From: Spirochaetia bacterium
GTDB taxonomy: Bacteria; Spirochaetota; Spirochaetia; CAKZLE01
Length of the DNA stretch: 64,000 nucleotides
Assembly: GCA_963677595.1 (NCBI GenBank)
Contig: OY782041.1
Location: forward strand, 2,816,001-2,880,000
Direction: 5' to 3'
A model generated the notes under the pieces. That model saw only the letters and a program-made list of their open reading frames with translations, was not told the DNA's origin and ran no database searches. Of this stretch, positions 28,840 to 37,621 are shown one piece after another (position 1 is the stretch's first letter; every line of letters begins with the position of its first letter). A program made the position numbers and the translations under genes.

Positions 28840-29589
28840 ATGGGGACGGTCATCGGCTTGGTATTCATCTTCTCCGTGGGCGCCTTTGCCGGCTGGGTCC
28901 TGGAGCTCTTCTACCGGCGTGTGTTCAGCGGGAAGCGGTGGATCAACCCGGGCTTCCTCAACGGCCCGTACCTGCCGCTCTACGGCTTCAGCACCATTGC
29001 CCTGTACGGCATCTCACACCTCTCGCTGCCGTTCTGGGGCCAAGTCATCCTCTTCCTCGCAGTACCCACCCTCCTCGAGCTGGTCACCGGCCTCATCTTC
29101 ACCTCCTGGTACAACATCAGGCTGTGGGACTACTCTGACCAGCCGCTGAACTATAAGGGGATCATCTGTCCCCTCTACACCCTCTTCTGGGGGATCCTGG
29201 GGACGGGGTTCGACCGCTTCATCTATCCGGTCCTCTCCTCCCGGCTCGACTTCCTGCTCTCGCACCTTGAGCTCTCCTTCTTCGTCGGGTTCTTCCTCGG
29301 GCTCTTCATCCTCGACACGATCTACTCCCTCGACATCGCGGCCCAGATCAGGAAGGTGCTGACCCAGACCGAAGAACGGTTCCATGTCAACTACGAACGG
29401 CTCAAAGTGGAGGTCCGGGACTGGGCCTTTGAACATACCAACCGCAGGTTCCATCTCCGGTTCATGCTGCCCTTCAGCGGCAAGGCACACCCCGGCCTGC
29501 GTGAGACGATGGAGAAGCACCTCGACCGCATCCGCCGGGGGGTGAACGCCGCTGAGAAGCTCCCGGTGATCAGGAGGAGACGGAGATGA
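28840..29589 (+). CDS. Putative ABC permease (CmpB/DUF1113-like membrane protein)
   Basis: GWVLELFY, GFLNGPYLPLYG and LWDYS...NYKGIIC; ATG 28840 with GGAGG. Confidence 0.82.
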   Translation: MGTVIGLVFIFSVGAFAGWVLELFYRRVFSGKRWINPGFLNGPYLPLYGFSTIALYGISHLSLPFWGQVILFLAVPTLLELVTGLIFTSWYNIRLWDYSDQPLNYKGIICPLYTLFWGILGTGFDRFIYPVLSSRLDFLLSHLELSFFVGFFLGLFILDTIYSLDIAAQIRKVLTQTEERFHVNYERLKVEVRDWAFEHTNRRFHLRFMLPFSGKAHPGLRETMEKHLDRIRRGVNAAEKLPVIRRRRR

Positions 29590-30548
29590 GTCATCCATAC
29601 GAAGACTGTTGTCTCTGCCCCCATCGGTGCGGGGCCGACCGGAGCAGGGGAGAACTCGGGGTCTGCGGGGAGGGGACCGCTATGCGGATCGCTTTCGCGG
29701 GTATCCATCGGGGGGAAGAGCCTCCCATCAGTGTCCAGGGCGGGCAGTTTCGCGGTTCCGGCACGATCTTCTTCTCGGGCTGCACCCTCGGCTGTCGCGA
29801 CTGCCAGAACCTGCAGATCAGCTCGCAGGGGAGTAACCTGGGACGGGCGGTCACATATGAGGAGTTCGCCTCGATCTGCCTGTCTCTGCAGGAGCGGGGT
29901 GCTGCCAACATCAACCTCGTGACCGGCACGCAGTTCATCCCCTCGATCATCGAAGGGCTGGTGAGGGCGAAGACCCTCGGCCTTGACCTCCCGGTGGTCT
30001 GGAACACCTCCTCCTATGAATCAGCGGAGGGCCTGAAGCTGCTGTTCCCGTTCGTCGACATCTTCCTTGCCGACCTGAAGGCTTACGACGGGGATGCCTG
30101 CAGGCTCTTCTGCCGTGCTGGGAATTACCCAGCTGCCGCGAAGGAATCAATCATACGCATGGCGGCAGGCAATCCCCTTGTGTTTGACGGGGAGCGGCTG
30201 CTGGGCGGGGTGGTCTTCCGCCACCTGGTCATCCCCGGTGCACTGGAGAACACCAGGAGGGTGATGGACTGGTATGCTGCGCATCTTCAGGGCAAGTCCC
30301 TGCTCTCGGTGATGGTGCAGTACATGCCCATAGGGGATGCGCCGGCCTCCGACCGTGCAGTCACTGAAGACGAGTATGATGAGCTTCTCGATATCCTATC
30401 CGATGCGGGGATCGAGGAGGGCTTCCTCCAGGAACTCGAGGACGAGAGTCCATGGGTACCGGACTTCACGAGGGCAAACCCCTTCCCCCCTGAGTTCTGC
30501 GACCCCCTCTGGCACTATGCCTCGGGGCCGATTGATGTCCCCTCGTAG
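29586..30548 (+). CDS. Radical SAM protein, PflX-like
   Basis: CxxCPHRC N-terminus, HRGEEPPI, CTLGCRDCQN and RHLVIPG. Confidence 0.88.
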   Translation: MSHPYEDCCLCPHRCGADRSRGELGVCGEGTAMRIAFAGIHRGEEPPISVQGGQFRGSGTIFFSGCTLGCRDCQNLQISSQGSNLGRAVTYEEFASICLSLQERGAANINLVTGTQFIPSIIEGLVRAKTLGLDLPVVWNTSSYESAEGLKLLFPFVDIFLADLKAYDGDACRLFCRAGNYPAAAKESIIRMAAGNPLVFDGERLLGGVVFRHLVIPGALENTRRVMDWYAAHLQGKSLLSVMVQYMPIGDAPASDRAVTEDEYDELLDILSDAGIEEGFLQELEDESPWVPDFTRANPFPPEFCDPLWHYASGPIDVPS

Positions 30549-31213
30549 GCTTCCCGGTTGAGGATAGCCGTCATGTTCGCTATATTCCGTCCCTCTGCAG
30601 TGATGACCTCGAGGGAGAGCTCCGAACCGCGCTTCGCGGCGATGGGATCGAAGGGGACGTTCTTCCCGGGGACCCACTCGTCCCCGACCATCTCCCTGAA
30701 GGCAGCCCAGCCGATATGGTCGAGCGGCACGGCATCGGGATCGAGCTTGGGGTCTGCAGAGTAGACTTTCGCGATGTTCGACAGGTTGATCACACGGTCC
30801 GCGGAGAACCGCTCAGCCAGGACGACCGCGTCATTGTCGGTCGAGAATCCGGGCTTCCAGCCCGCGGCGATGAGCACGCGCCCGGTGAAGGAGAGCTCAG
30901 CTGTCGGGTCTGTCACCAGGGCATCGGTGCACCAGCCGGCAAATACTGCCCTGAGCAGGGTCCCGTTGAGGTGGGTGGCAGCGATGCCGATCCAGTCCTG
31001 GTCATGCGTGGAGGGCGTCTCCACGATCTCCCGGTAGGCCTGCTGGTAGCGTCGTGCCGGGGCTCCTCCCCCGGTGACCATGACGATCTTCCGGGCCTCA
31101 TCGGCCTGGAGGTAGGCGATGATCGCTTCCCTGAACTTCCGGATGAACGGGCTGTCTACCCCGTCCGGTACGATGATCGATCCCCCGAGGGAGAGTATGG
31201 TCACTTCTGGCAT
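30515..31213 (-). CDS. pyrH: UMP kinase (archaeal type)
   Basis: LSLGGS, TGGGAPAR, DWIGI, GWKPGFSTD and PFDP. Confidence 0.9.
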   Translation of the reverse strand: MPEVTILSLGGSIIVPDGVDSPFIRKFREAIIAYLQADEARKIVMVTGGGAPARRYQQAYREIVETPSTHDQDWIGIAATHLNGTLLRAVFAGWCTDALVTDPTAELSFTGRVLIAAGWKPGFSTDNDAVVLAERFSADRVINLSNIAKVYSADPKLDPDAVPLDHIGWAAFREMVGDEWVPGKNVPFDPIAAKRGSELSLEVITAEGRNIANMTAILNREAYEGTSIGPEA

Positions 31214-31243
31214 GGAGTGCCTCCTGGTTTGTATTTCCTCTCA

Positions 31244-31272
31244 AGCATACACACTTCACCCTGTTTTCTCAA
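31244..31272 (-). promoter_or_regulatory. pyrH promoter
   Basis: TTGAGA-17-TATGCT on the minus strand. Confidence 0.55.
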
Positions 31273-31314
31273 TCATCCTGATGGAGAAAAACAAGGTTCA
31301 GCAGCATGCAGTAT

Positions 31315-32229
31315 TCAGCGTGAGAAGGTGACCCGATCCCTCCCGTCCCGCTTGCTGCGGTACATGAGGGAGTCAGCCCGCTCGATGATGGAATCACGCG
31401 TGTCATCTCCCCTGACCATCGTGGCCCCGATGGAGATCGTTACACTGATCTGCCCCTCCTTATAGGGGAGTGATGATGCTGCGGTGAGGATCCTGAGCCG
31501 CTGTGCGGTACTGATGAGATGCTCCTCGGTGGTGTTCCTGATGATCCCGATGAACTCCTCGCCCCCGAATCGCCCGAAGAGGTCGAACGGCCTGCCGTTC
31601 GCTGACAGGGTGTTCGCGATGAGCCTCAGGACGCTGTCTCCGGCAAGGTGGCCGTAGGTGTCATTGACGCCCTTGAAATGGTCGATATCGAGGAAGATGA
31701 TGCCGAAGGGGACTGAGAACTTCCTGAACTCATTGATCCGGCAGTCGATCTCGTTCTCGATATAGGTCCTGTTCGCGAGCCGGGTGAGGGGATCGAGCAT
31801 GGCGAGCTGTTCGAGCTCCCTGATCCTGATCTCCTTCGCGGTCTGTTCCGAGATGTCGGTGAAGAGCTCTATGGCCTGGATGGCACTTTCCTTCTCCTCG
31901 AGGAGGGAGGTCCTGATCTGGACAGGGACCCGGTGCCCCTCCTTGTGGTGGAGGAAGACGCTGGCATCCCGCTGCTTCCGGTCGCAGATCGTGCTGCCGA
32001 GGGGGCAGTCCCCGGTGCAGAGGTTGGTCCCTTCCGCATCGACATGGACGAGGATGTTGTCAGAGCAGGACCTGCCGACGACCTCAGCGCTGCGGTAGCC
32101 GGTGATCCGTTCTGCCCCCTTGTTCCAGTAGATGATCCGCCTGTCGGCGTCGGTGATATAGATCCCGTCCTGGATCAGGTTCAGTACGGTAGCGAATCTT
32201 CCCTGATGAGTCTGTCTATGAGTTTCCAT
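31315..32229 (-). CDS. PAS-GGDEF diguanylate cyclase
   Basis: PAS (YWNKGAERITGY), DIDHFK, I-site RPFD and GGEEF. Confidence 0.92.
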   Translation of the reverse strand: METHRQTHQGRFATVLNLIQDGIYITDADRRIIYWNKGAERITGYRSAEVVGRSCSDNILVHVDAEGTNLCTGDCPLGSTICDRKQRDASVFLHHKEGHRVPVQIRTSLLEEKESAIQAIELFTDISEQTAKEIRIRELEQLAMLDPLTRLANRTYIENEIDCRINEFRKFSVPFGIIFLDIDHFKGVNDTYGHLAGDSVLRLIANTLSANGRPFDLFGRFGGEEFIGIIRNTTEEHLISTAQRLRILTAASSLPYKEGQISVTISIGATMVRGDDTRDSIIERADSLMYRSKRDGRDRVTFSR

Positions 32230-32371
32230 ACGGTAAGTATACCATAGAGATAGGCTATGATGCACGATATATCACATAGGAGTGAAGGTGTTTTATCAAT
32301 CACGACGCCGTTGATTTTTCAGCAAATATGCCCGATAATCAATCAAGACAAACCATGCAAACGGAGGCCCT

Positions 32372-32794
32372 ATGGGAGAGACGATCCGCTTCGGCGTATC
32401 CATGGACAGTGACCTCGTGGAACTGCTGGACCGGCTTACCCGTGAGGGGAACCATGACAACCGGTCGGAGACCCTGCGCACCCTCGTGCGCAATGAGATC
32501 ATCGCCAAGGGGATCGAGGATGATGACCGTGAGGTCATCGGCACGATGACGCTCCTCTACCACCACAAGACCCGCCTCCCGAGGGTCTCGATCGCCCCGT
32601 ACCCGTCAGTGAGCATCAAGGCGAACTTCCTCTTCCACGTGGAGGGCGAGATCTGCGCGAAGATCCTCATCATCAAGGGGACAGGCCGTGAGGTCCAGGC
32701 CTGGGCGAGGAAGCTGCTAAACAGCACGAACATCATCGGGAAGCTCAGTTTCACCGCCACGGATGAACTCTATCGGGAACTGGTCAAGTCCTGA
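32372..32794 (+). CDS. nikR: NikR-like ribbon-helix-helix regulator with a divergent metal site
   Basis: IRFGVSM and NRSE RHH; ACT-like GTMTLLYHH and HVEGEIC. Confidence 0.78.
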   Translation: MGETIRFGVSMDSDLVELLDRLTREGNHDNRSETLRTLVRNEIIAKGIEDDDREVIGTMTLLYHHKTRLPRVSIAPYPSVSIKANFLFHVEGEICAKILIIKGTGREVQAWARKLLNSTNIIGKLSFTATDELYRELVKS

Positions 32795-32835
32795 AACTGT
32801 ACAGGTAATTCCGACTGTTTCTCTCAGGCAGGGGA

Positions 32836-32901
32836 TTGACCCGCTGTTTTGGATCAGTGTATCCTGACAGAGTAACACGTAAAAATATAATCGTGTTACT
32901 C
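32836..32901 (+). promoter_or_regulatory. Promoter plus NikR-type operator
   Basis: TTGACC-18-TATCCT; GAGTAACACG-N12-CGTGTTACTC (32870-32901), equivalent to GTAACA-N16-TGTTAC. Confidence 0.8.
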
Positions 32902-32927
32902 ATATGGATCACAGATTGGAGAGAGTA

Positions 32928-34076
32928 ATGAGTTATCACCATGCACACAGACATTCTTTCAGGATCCCCCTGACGGGTATCCTCATCATCCTGGCACTCG
33001 TAGTCGGTACCGCGGGGCTCTTCGCGGCCCCGCAGCAGGAGGAGCTGGTACGGCAGGATTCAGTCACCGTGACTGACATGCGCGGACGGAGCGTGACGGT
33101 CCCCGGGACCGTTGACCGTATCATCGCCCTCGGGGCGGGATCGCTCAGACTGGTGAGCTACCTCGGTGCGGTCGACAAGGTCATCGCCGTCGAGGATGCC
33201 GGACACGGCAGGGAGATCACCGACTACAGCTTCTTCCCCCTGGCTACCTACCGGCTGGCAGAGCCGGGACTGCGGGACCTGCCCTCGATCGGCAGTGGTG
33301 AGAACCATGAGGGGATCATCGCAGCCGCTCCTGAGCTCATCATCTCCTCAGTCGTGGATGTCGCACAGCTCGATGCGCTGCAGGAGGTGCTCGGTATCCC
33401 GGTGTTCGCCGTTGATGTCGATGTGGAACTCTATGATACCGACCTCTTCTTCGGGCAGCTGGAGAGCTTGGGGAGCATCCTGGGTGCCGAAGAGCGGGCA
33501 GGGGAGCTGGTCTCGGGTATCAGTGCCGCCCTTGGTGATATAGCCTCCAGGGCTGCCGAGGTGGAGAGCCCGGTCCGTGCCTATGCAGGCGGGATGATGT
33601 TCTACGGGCCAGCTGACCTCCTCCGCACGACCGGGGACTATATCCCCTTCGACCTCACCGGGACTGCCAACGTGATGCCGACCAACCCCACGGGGAACCG
33701 GCAGCCCTACATGACTTCCCTCGAGGACCTCATCGCCGCTGCCCCGGAGTATGTCTTCATTGATGCGGCGAACCTCTTCCTGTCGAAGCAGGGGTTCTCT
33801 GACAATCGGGCCCTGCTCGAGGAGCAGGTCCCGGCCTTCAGGGACCGGGAGGTCTATGCTACCTTCGTCTACAAGTACTACGGGACCAACTGGGAGAACC
33901 AGCTGATCAACGTCTATGCAGCAGGGAAGGTCCTCTACCCCGATCTCTATGCTGATATCTCCATCCGCGACAAGGCAGAGGAGATCTGGGAACTCTTCTT
34001 CGGTACTCCCCTGGAGTATGAGACGGTCGTCGCCGGGCAGAAGGCCGGCTTCGGGCAGGTCGACTGGTTCAACTAG
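32928..34076 (+). CDS. FecB/BtuF-class ABC substrate-binding protein
   Basis: Signal peptide; VTDMRGRSVTVP..VDRIIALG; GKVLYPDLY. Confidence 0.88.
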   Translation: MSYHHAHRHSFRIPLTGILIILALVVGTAGLFAAPQQEELVRQDSVTVTDMRGRSVTVPGTVDRIIALGAGSLRLVSYLGAVDKVIAVEDAGHGREITDYSFFPLATYRLAEPGLRDLPSIGSGENHEGIIAAAPELIISSVVDVAQLDALQEVLGIPVFAVDVDVELYDTDLFFGQLESLGSILGAEERAGELVSGISAALGDIASRAAEVESPVRAYAGGMMFYGPADLLRTTGDYIPFDLTGTANVMPTNPTGNRQPYMTSLEDLIAAAPEYVFIDAANLFLSKQGFSDNRALLEEQVPAFRDREVYATFVYKYYGTNWENQLINVYAAGKVLYPDLYADISIRDKAEEIWELFFGTPLEYETVVAGQKAGFGQVDWFN

Positions 34077-35153
34077 ATGCGCGACGGTAACGTCACGGAC
34101 GTGAAGCTGGCTCCCGTCAGTTCGCTCTACCGGGGGTATGTCAGGAAGAAGACCCTCTTCCTTGCCGGCACGGCTGTGCTGCTCGGTATCCTGGTCATCG
34201 CCGCGACCTGTGCGGGGTCGATCAGGATCCCCTTCTCAGAGGTAGTCTCCTTTATCGTCCGGCTTGACCGGGTGGGGACGGGCAGGATCATCTGGGATGT
34301 GAGGATGCCGCGCATCATCGCAGCCCTCCTGGTAGGGGCGGGTCTCTCCCTGTCGGGGACCGTCATGCAGTCAGTACTCCGCAATCCGCTCGCGTCTCCC
34401 TATACCCTCGGTCTCTCGAGTGCCGCTGCCTTCGGGGCCTCGGTCGCCATCATCTTCTTCGGGGCAGGGACGAGCACGACCTCGACGATCATCATCAGCG
34501 ATTCGGTCACGGTCGCCTTCTCGGCGTTCTTCTTCGCTGCGGTGTCGACCGCAGCGATCCTGCTGCTCACTGTGCTCACGAAGATCTCGGCGGAGAGCAT
34601 GGTGCTCGCCGGTATCGCGATCGGGTCGATCTTCTCGGCAGGCCTCACGCTCATGCAGTACTTAGCCGACTCGATCCAACTTGCGAGTATCGTCTCCTGG
34701 ACCTTCGGTGACCTCGGCAGGGCGAACTGGCGTGTCATTCCGATCATCGCGCTGGCCCTGCTCCCTATCTTCCTCATCTGTTTCTACTACCGCTGGGATC
34801 TCAATGCCATGGATACCGGTGAAGACTCGGCGAGGGGGCTCGGGGTACGGACCGGAGCAGTCCGGATCATCGGGATGGTGGCCTCATCGATCCTCGCGGC
34901 GGTCATCGTCTCGTTCTTCGGCACGATCGCCTTCATCGGACTGCTCGGGCCCCATATAGCGAGGAGGCTCCTCGGGAGCGACCACCGCTTCCTCCTTACA
35001 GCCTCCCCGCTGATCGGGGCATTCATCCTCCTGGCGGCAGACACGGCCGCACGGACGATCCTCTCCCCGATGGTCCTCCCCGTCGGCATCCTGACCTCTC
35101 TGCTCGGGGGACCATTGTTCATCTACCTCCTCGCAGCCGGGAGGAGACGATGA
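34077..35153 (+). CDS. FecCD/BtuC-family permease
   Basis: RMPRIIAA, RNPLASPYTLG and FIGLLGPH. Confidence 0.92.
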   Translation: MRDGNVTDVKLAPVSSLYRGYVRKKTLFLAGTAVLLGILVIAATCAGSIRIPFSEVVSFIVRLDRVGTGRIIWDVRMPRIIAALLVGAGLSLSGTVMQSVLRNPLASPYTLGLSSAAAFGASVAIIFFGAGTSTTSTIIISDSVTVAFSAFFFAAVSTAAILLLTVLTKISAESMVLAGIAIGSIFSAGLTLMQYLADSIQLASIVSWTFGDLGRANWRVIPIIALALLPIFLICFYYRWDLNAMDTGEDSARGLGVRTGAVRIIGMVASSILAAVIVSFFGTIAFIGLLGPHIARRLLGSDHRFLLTASPLIGAFILLAADTAARTILSPMVLPVGILTSLLGGPLFIYLLAAGRRR

Positions 35154-35902
35154 TCCTTGAAGTCAAGGGGCTCGAGTTCGCCTACCGGAGCACGCCAGTG
35201 ATCGGTGATATAACCTTCAGCGTGGGGGAAGGGGAGATCCTTGCCATCCTCGGGCGTAACGGGGCCGGGAAGTCCACCCTCCTGAAGTGCCTCAACCATG
35301 TCCTTTCCCCGAAGGGAGGGACTGTTTCTGTGGACGGGTCCGATACTCGTTCCATGCGGCCGGCAGAGATCGCCCGGAAGATCGGCTGGGTCCCGCAGCA
35401 GGGTGAGGTGACGAGGATGAAGGTCTTTGACCTGATCCTGCTCGGCAGGAAACCCTATTTCCGCTGGGAGCCCTCACCGGAGGATTTCAGGAAGGTCGAG
35501 GAGGCTATTGGCCTGCTGGGGATCGAGGAGATAGCCCTGCGGTACGCAGATGAGCTCAGCGGCGGGGAGTTCCAGCTGGTCCAGATAGCCCGGGCCCTGG
35601 CCCAGGACCCGAGTGTGGTCCTCTTCGATGAACCGACGAGCAGCCTCGATATAAGGAACCAGCACCGGCTCATGGGGAGGCTGAAGGAGATCATCCACGG
35701 CACTCCCCGGGCAGCCGTCATGACGATGCATGACATCAATCTTGCCCTGCGGTATGCCGACAAGCTTCTCCTGCTCTCCGGCGGTACGGTATGTGCGGCC
35801 GGTACGGGGGATGCTATCACCGCTGACCACATCCGGGAGGTCTATGACATGGATGTCTCCCTCCTGGAGGCCGGGGGGTATCCTCTGGTGGTCCCCGTAT
35901 GA
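35150..35902 (+). CDS. FecE/BtuD-family ABC ATPase
   Basis: GRNGAGKS, LSGGE, DEPTSSLD and HDINLA. Confidence 0.92.
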   Translation: MILEVKGLEFAYRSTPVIGDITFSVGEGEILAILGRNGAGKSTLLKCLNHVLSPKGGTVSVDGSDTRSMRPAEIARKIGWVPQQGEVTRMKVFDLILLGRKPYFRWEPSPEDFRKVEEAIGLLGIEEIALRYADELSGGEFQLVQIARALAQDPSVVLFDEPTSSLDIRNQHRLMGRLKEIIHGTPRAAVMTMHDINLALRYADKLLLLSGGTVCAAGTGDAITADHIREVYDMDVSLLEAGGYPLVVPV

Positions 35903-36456
35903 TGCAGGGCCCTCTCAGGGATGCCGTGCTCAAGATCGTCGGCAGCATACTGGAGCGCTACCCCCTCTCAAGGCTCCCCGATATCTACAAGAGCTTCTTC
36001 CAGGACGAATTCGGCCCCGGGCACCTTCTCTCAGATCCCGGGAGGGCACGAGCGTATCTGGCAGAGGAACTGGGCAGCATGGTAAGCCGCGGCAGGAGGG
36101 CCGCAGAACCCTGCGGACTGGGGCTGCGCTTCTGCCGGCTGCCGCTTGACCTGGTGGCAGACGGGATCATACCCGAGGAGGCCTACTTCTCTGCCTTCGC
36201 AGCCTCCGCTGCCGCGTTCGGAATGCCTGATCCGGAGACCTGGAGAGAACGTTGGATGCTCATCGAGTCGGTCATCGCTGAGGAGTACCGTGGTCTGGAG
36301 GGGTTCGCTTGGGATTCGATGCGTATCAGGGAATCCCTCGGGAACGGGGTCAGCGCGATGGGCCACAGTGAAGTATACCGGAGGGCGTATGAGCCGCACT
36401 ACCGGGTATTCACCATCGAAGGGCAGCAGCTCTTCTCTAGCCAATGGGGTGTATGA
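35899..36456 (+). CDS. Conserved-looking hypothetical protein
   Basis: ATGA-coupled to the ATPase; motif-like DIYKSFFQDEFGPGH and HSEVYRRAYEPHYRV. Confidence 0.72.
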   Translation: MMQGPLRDAVLKIVGSILERYPLSRLPDIYKSFFQDEFGPGHLLSDPGRARAYLAEELGSMVSRGRRAAEPCGLGLRFCRLPLDLVADGIIPEEAYFSAFAASAAAFGMPDPETWRERWMLIESVIAEEYRGLEGFAWDSMRIRESLGNGVSAMGHSEVYRRAYEPHYRVFTIEGQQLFSSQWGV

Positions 36457-36498
36457 GATGGTACACTGCCTGCAATCTTTACTTGAACGGGGAATACT

Positions 36499-37086
36499 AT
36501 GCTGATACTGATAAGCGGCGGGAGCTGCGCAGGAAAGACCACCTTCTCAGCCGCGCTGCATGAAGCACTGAACCAGCACGGAGTACACTCCCTGGCTCTC
36601 TCCACCGACCTCTTCTACACCGACATCCCGGCAGGAGAGCCCCTTCGTGAACATGATTTCGATGCTGAACAGAGCGTGGATGCAGGACTCATGCACCGGA
36701 TCTGCTCCTCATATGAGAGTGGGATTTCTTCCTTCCCGGTCTTCGAGTTCCGGACCCATGCACGCAGCGGCATGCTGGAGGTCCCGCCGGTCCCGGTCCT
36801 GCTCCTCGAGGGGATCTTCGCCCTCTCGTTCCCTTCTATCACCGCCCTGCCGTCGCTGAAGATCTGTATCCGCACGGAGGCAGCCGAACGCTACCGGAGG
36901 CGGCATGAGTTCTACTCGCATACGCTCGGCCACACGGATGAGTTCATCGACTTCAAGTTCTACGAACAGGCAGAACCCTACTACCAGGCAAGCATCGCTC
37001 CCTGGGAGCACCGGGCTGACATCGTGCTCTCCGGGGAAGATGACTTCGGCCCCGGTATCGAGGATATCCTGCGGCGGTACTTCTGA
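36499..37086 (+). CDS. Uridine kinase/PRK-like P-loop kinase
   Basis: SGGSCAGKTT, STDLFY, LLLEGIFAL and IAPWEHRADI. Confidence 0.8.
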   Translation: MLILISGGSCAGKTTFSAALHEALNQHGVHSLALSTDLFYTDIPAGEPLREHDFDAEQSVDAGLMHRICSSYESGISSFPVFEFRTHARSGMLEVPPVPVLLLEGIFALSFPSITALPSLKICIRTEAAERYRRRHEFYSHTLGHTDEFIDFKFYEQAEPYYQASIAPWEHRADIVLSGEDDFGPGIEDILRRYF

Positions 37087-37303
37087 CCGGGGCAGCACCG
37101 AAAGGTCTCGTAAGTTTTTAGAAAGCTTTGTCTGGAAATTTTATCGTATTCAGGTAATAATGCTCTATGAGGGACAGGTCTCATCCTGTGATGGGGCCGC
37201 CTGCCCTCAGATAGGTGTCGTGATATGGATCACGCGTGATCCCCATCACGGAATCAGCAGGTACAGCGTAGTACTCTTCTTCTAAGAAGGATCAGGGCAG
37301 CGT

Positions 37304-37621
37304 ATGAAGCAGGTGATTGGTAAGATCGTAGAGACAGAGAAAGAGGCAGACCGGATTCTCTCCGAGGCACGCGAGCAGGTTGCTGCGAAGCTGGCTGCTG
37401 CTGATGAGGAGGTAAGCCGGGATGTGCGCGCTGCCAGGGAGGAGGGCCGCAAACGGATCGCCGAGGAGATGCACCGCATCGACGAGGAGGAATCCGCCCG
37501 GGTGGAGAAGAGCCTCTCCTCGATCCCCGGTGCCGATACCGAAGATACGGAGCTCATCGAGACGCTCGCCCGTTCGGTCGTGGAACGCATCACCACGACC
37601 ATATTCGATACAGGCCTATGA
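37304..37621 (+). CDS. V/A-ATPase stalk subunit H/G
   Basis: Charged helix KIVETEKEADRILSEAR; first gene of the operon. Confidence 0.72.
   Translation: MKQVIGKIVETEKEADRILSEAREQVAAKLAAADEEVSRDVRAAREEGRKRIAEEMHRIDEEESARVEKSLSSIPGADTEDTELIETLARSVVERITTTIFDTGL

Noticed and set aside
30515-30548. 34-bp convergent overlap of pyrH and the radical SAM gene
   Set aside because: Short tail overlaps are common in this compact genome; no duplication or cargo here.
37186-37250. Fluoride (crcB) riboswitch resemblance (GAUGGGG...UGAUCCCC)
   Set aside because: The P1 GGCGA/UCGCC pairing and the UAAUGA..CUAC end are absent; kept only as an unknown structured leader.
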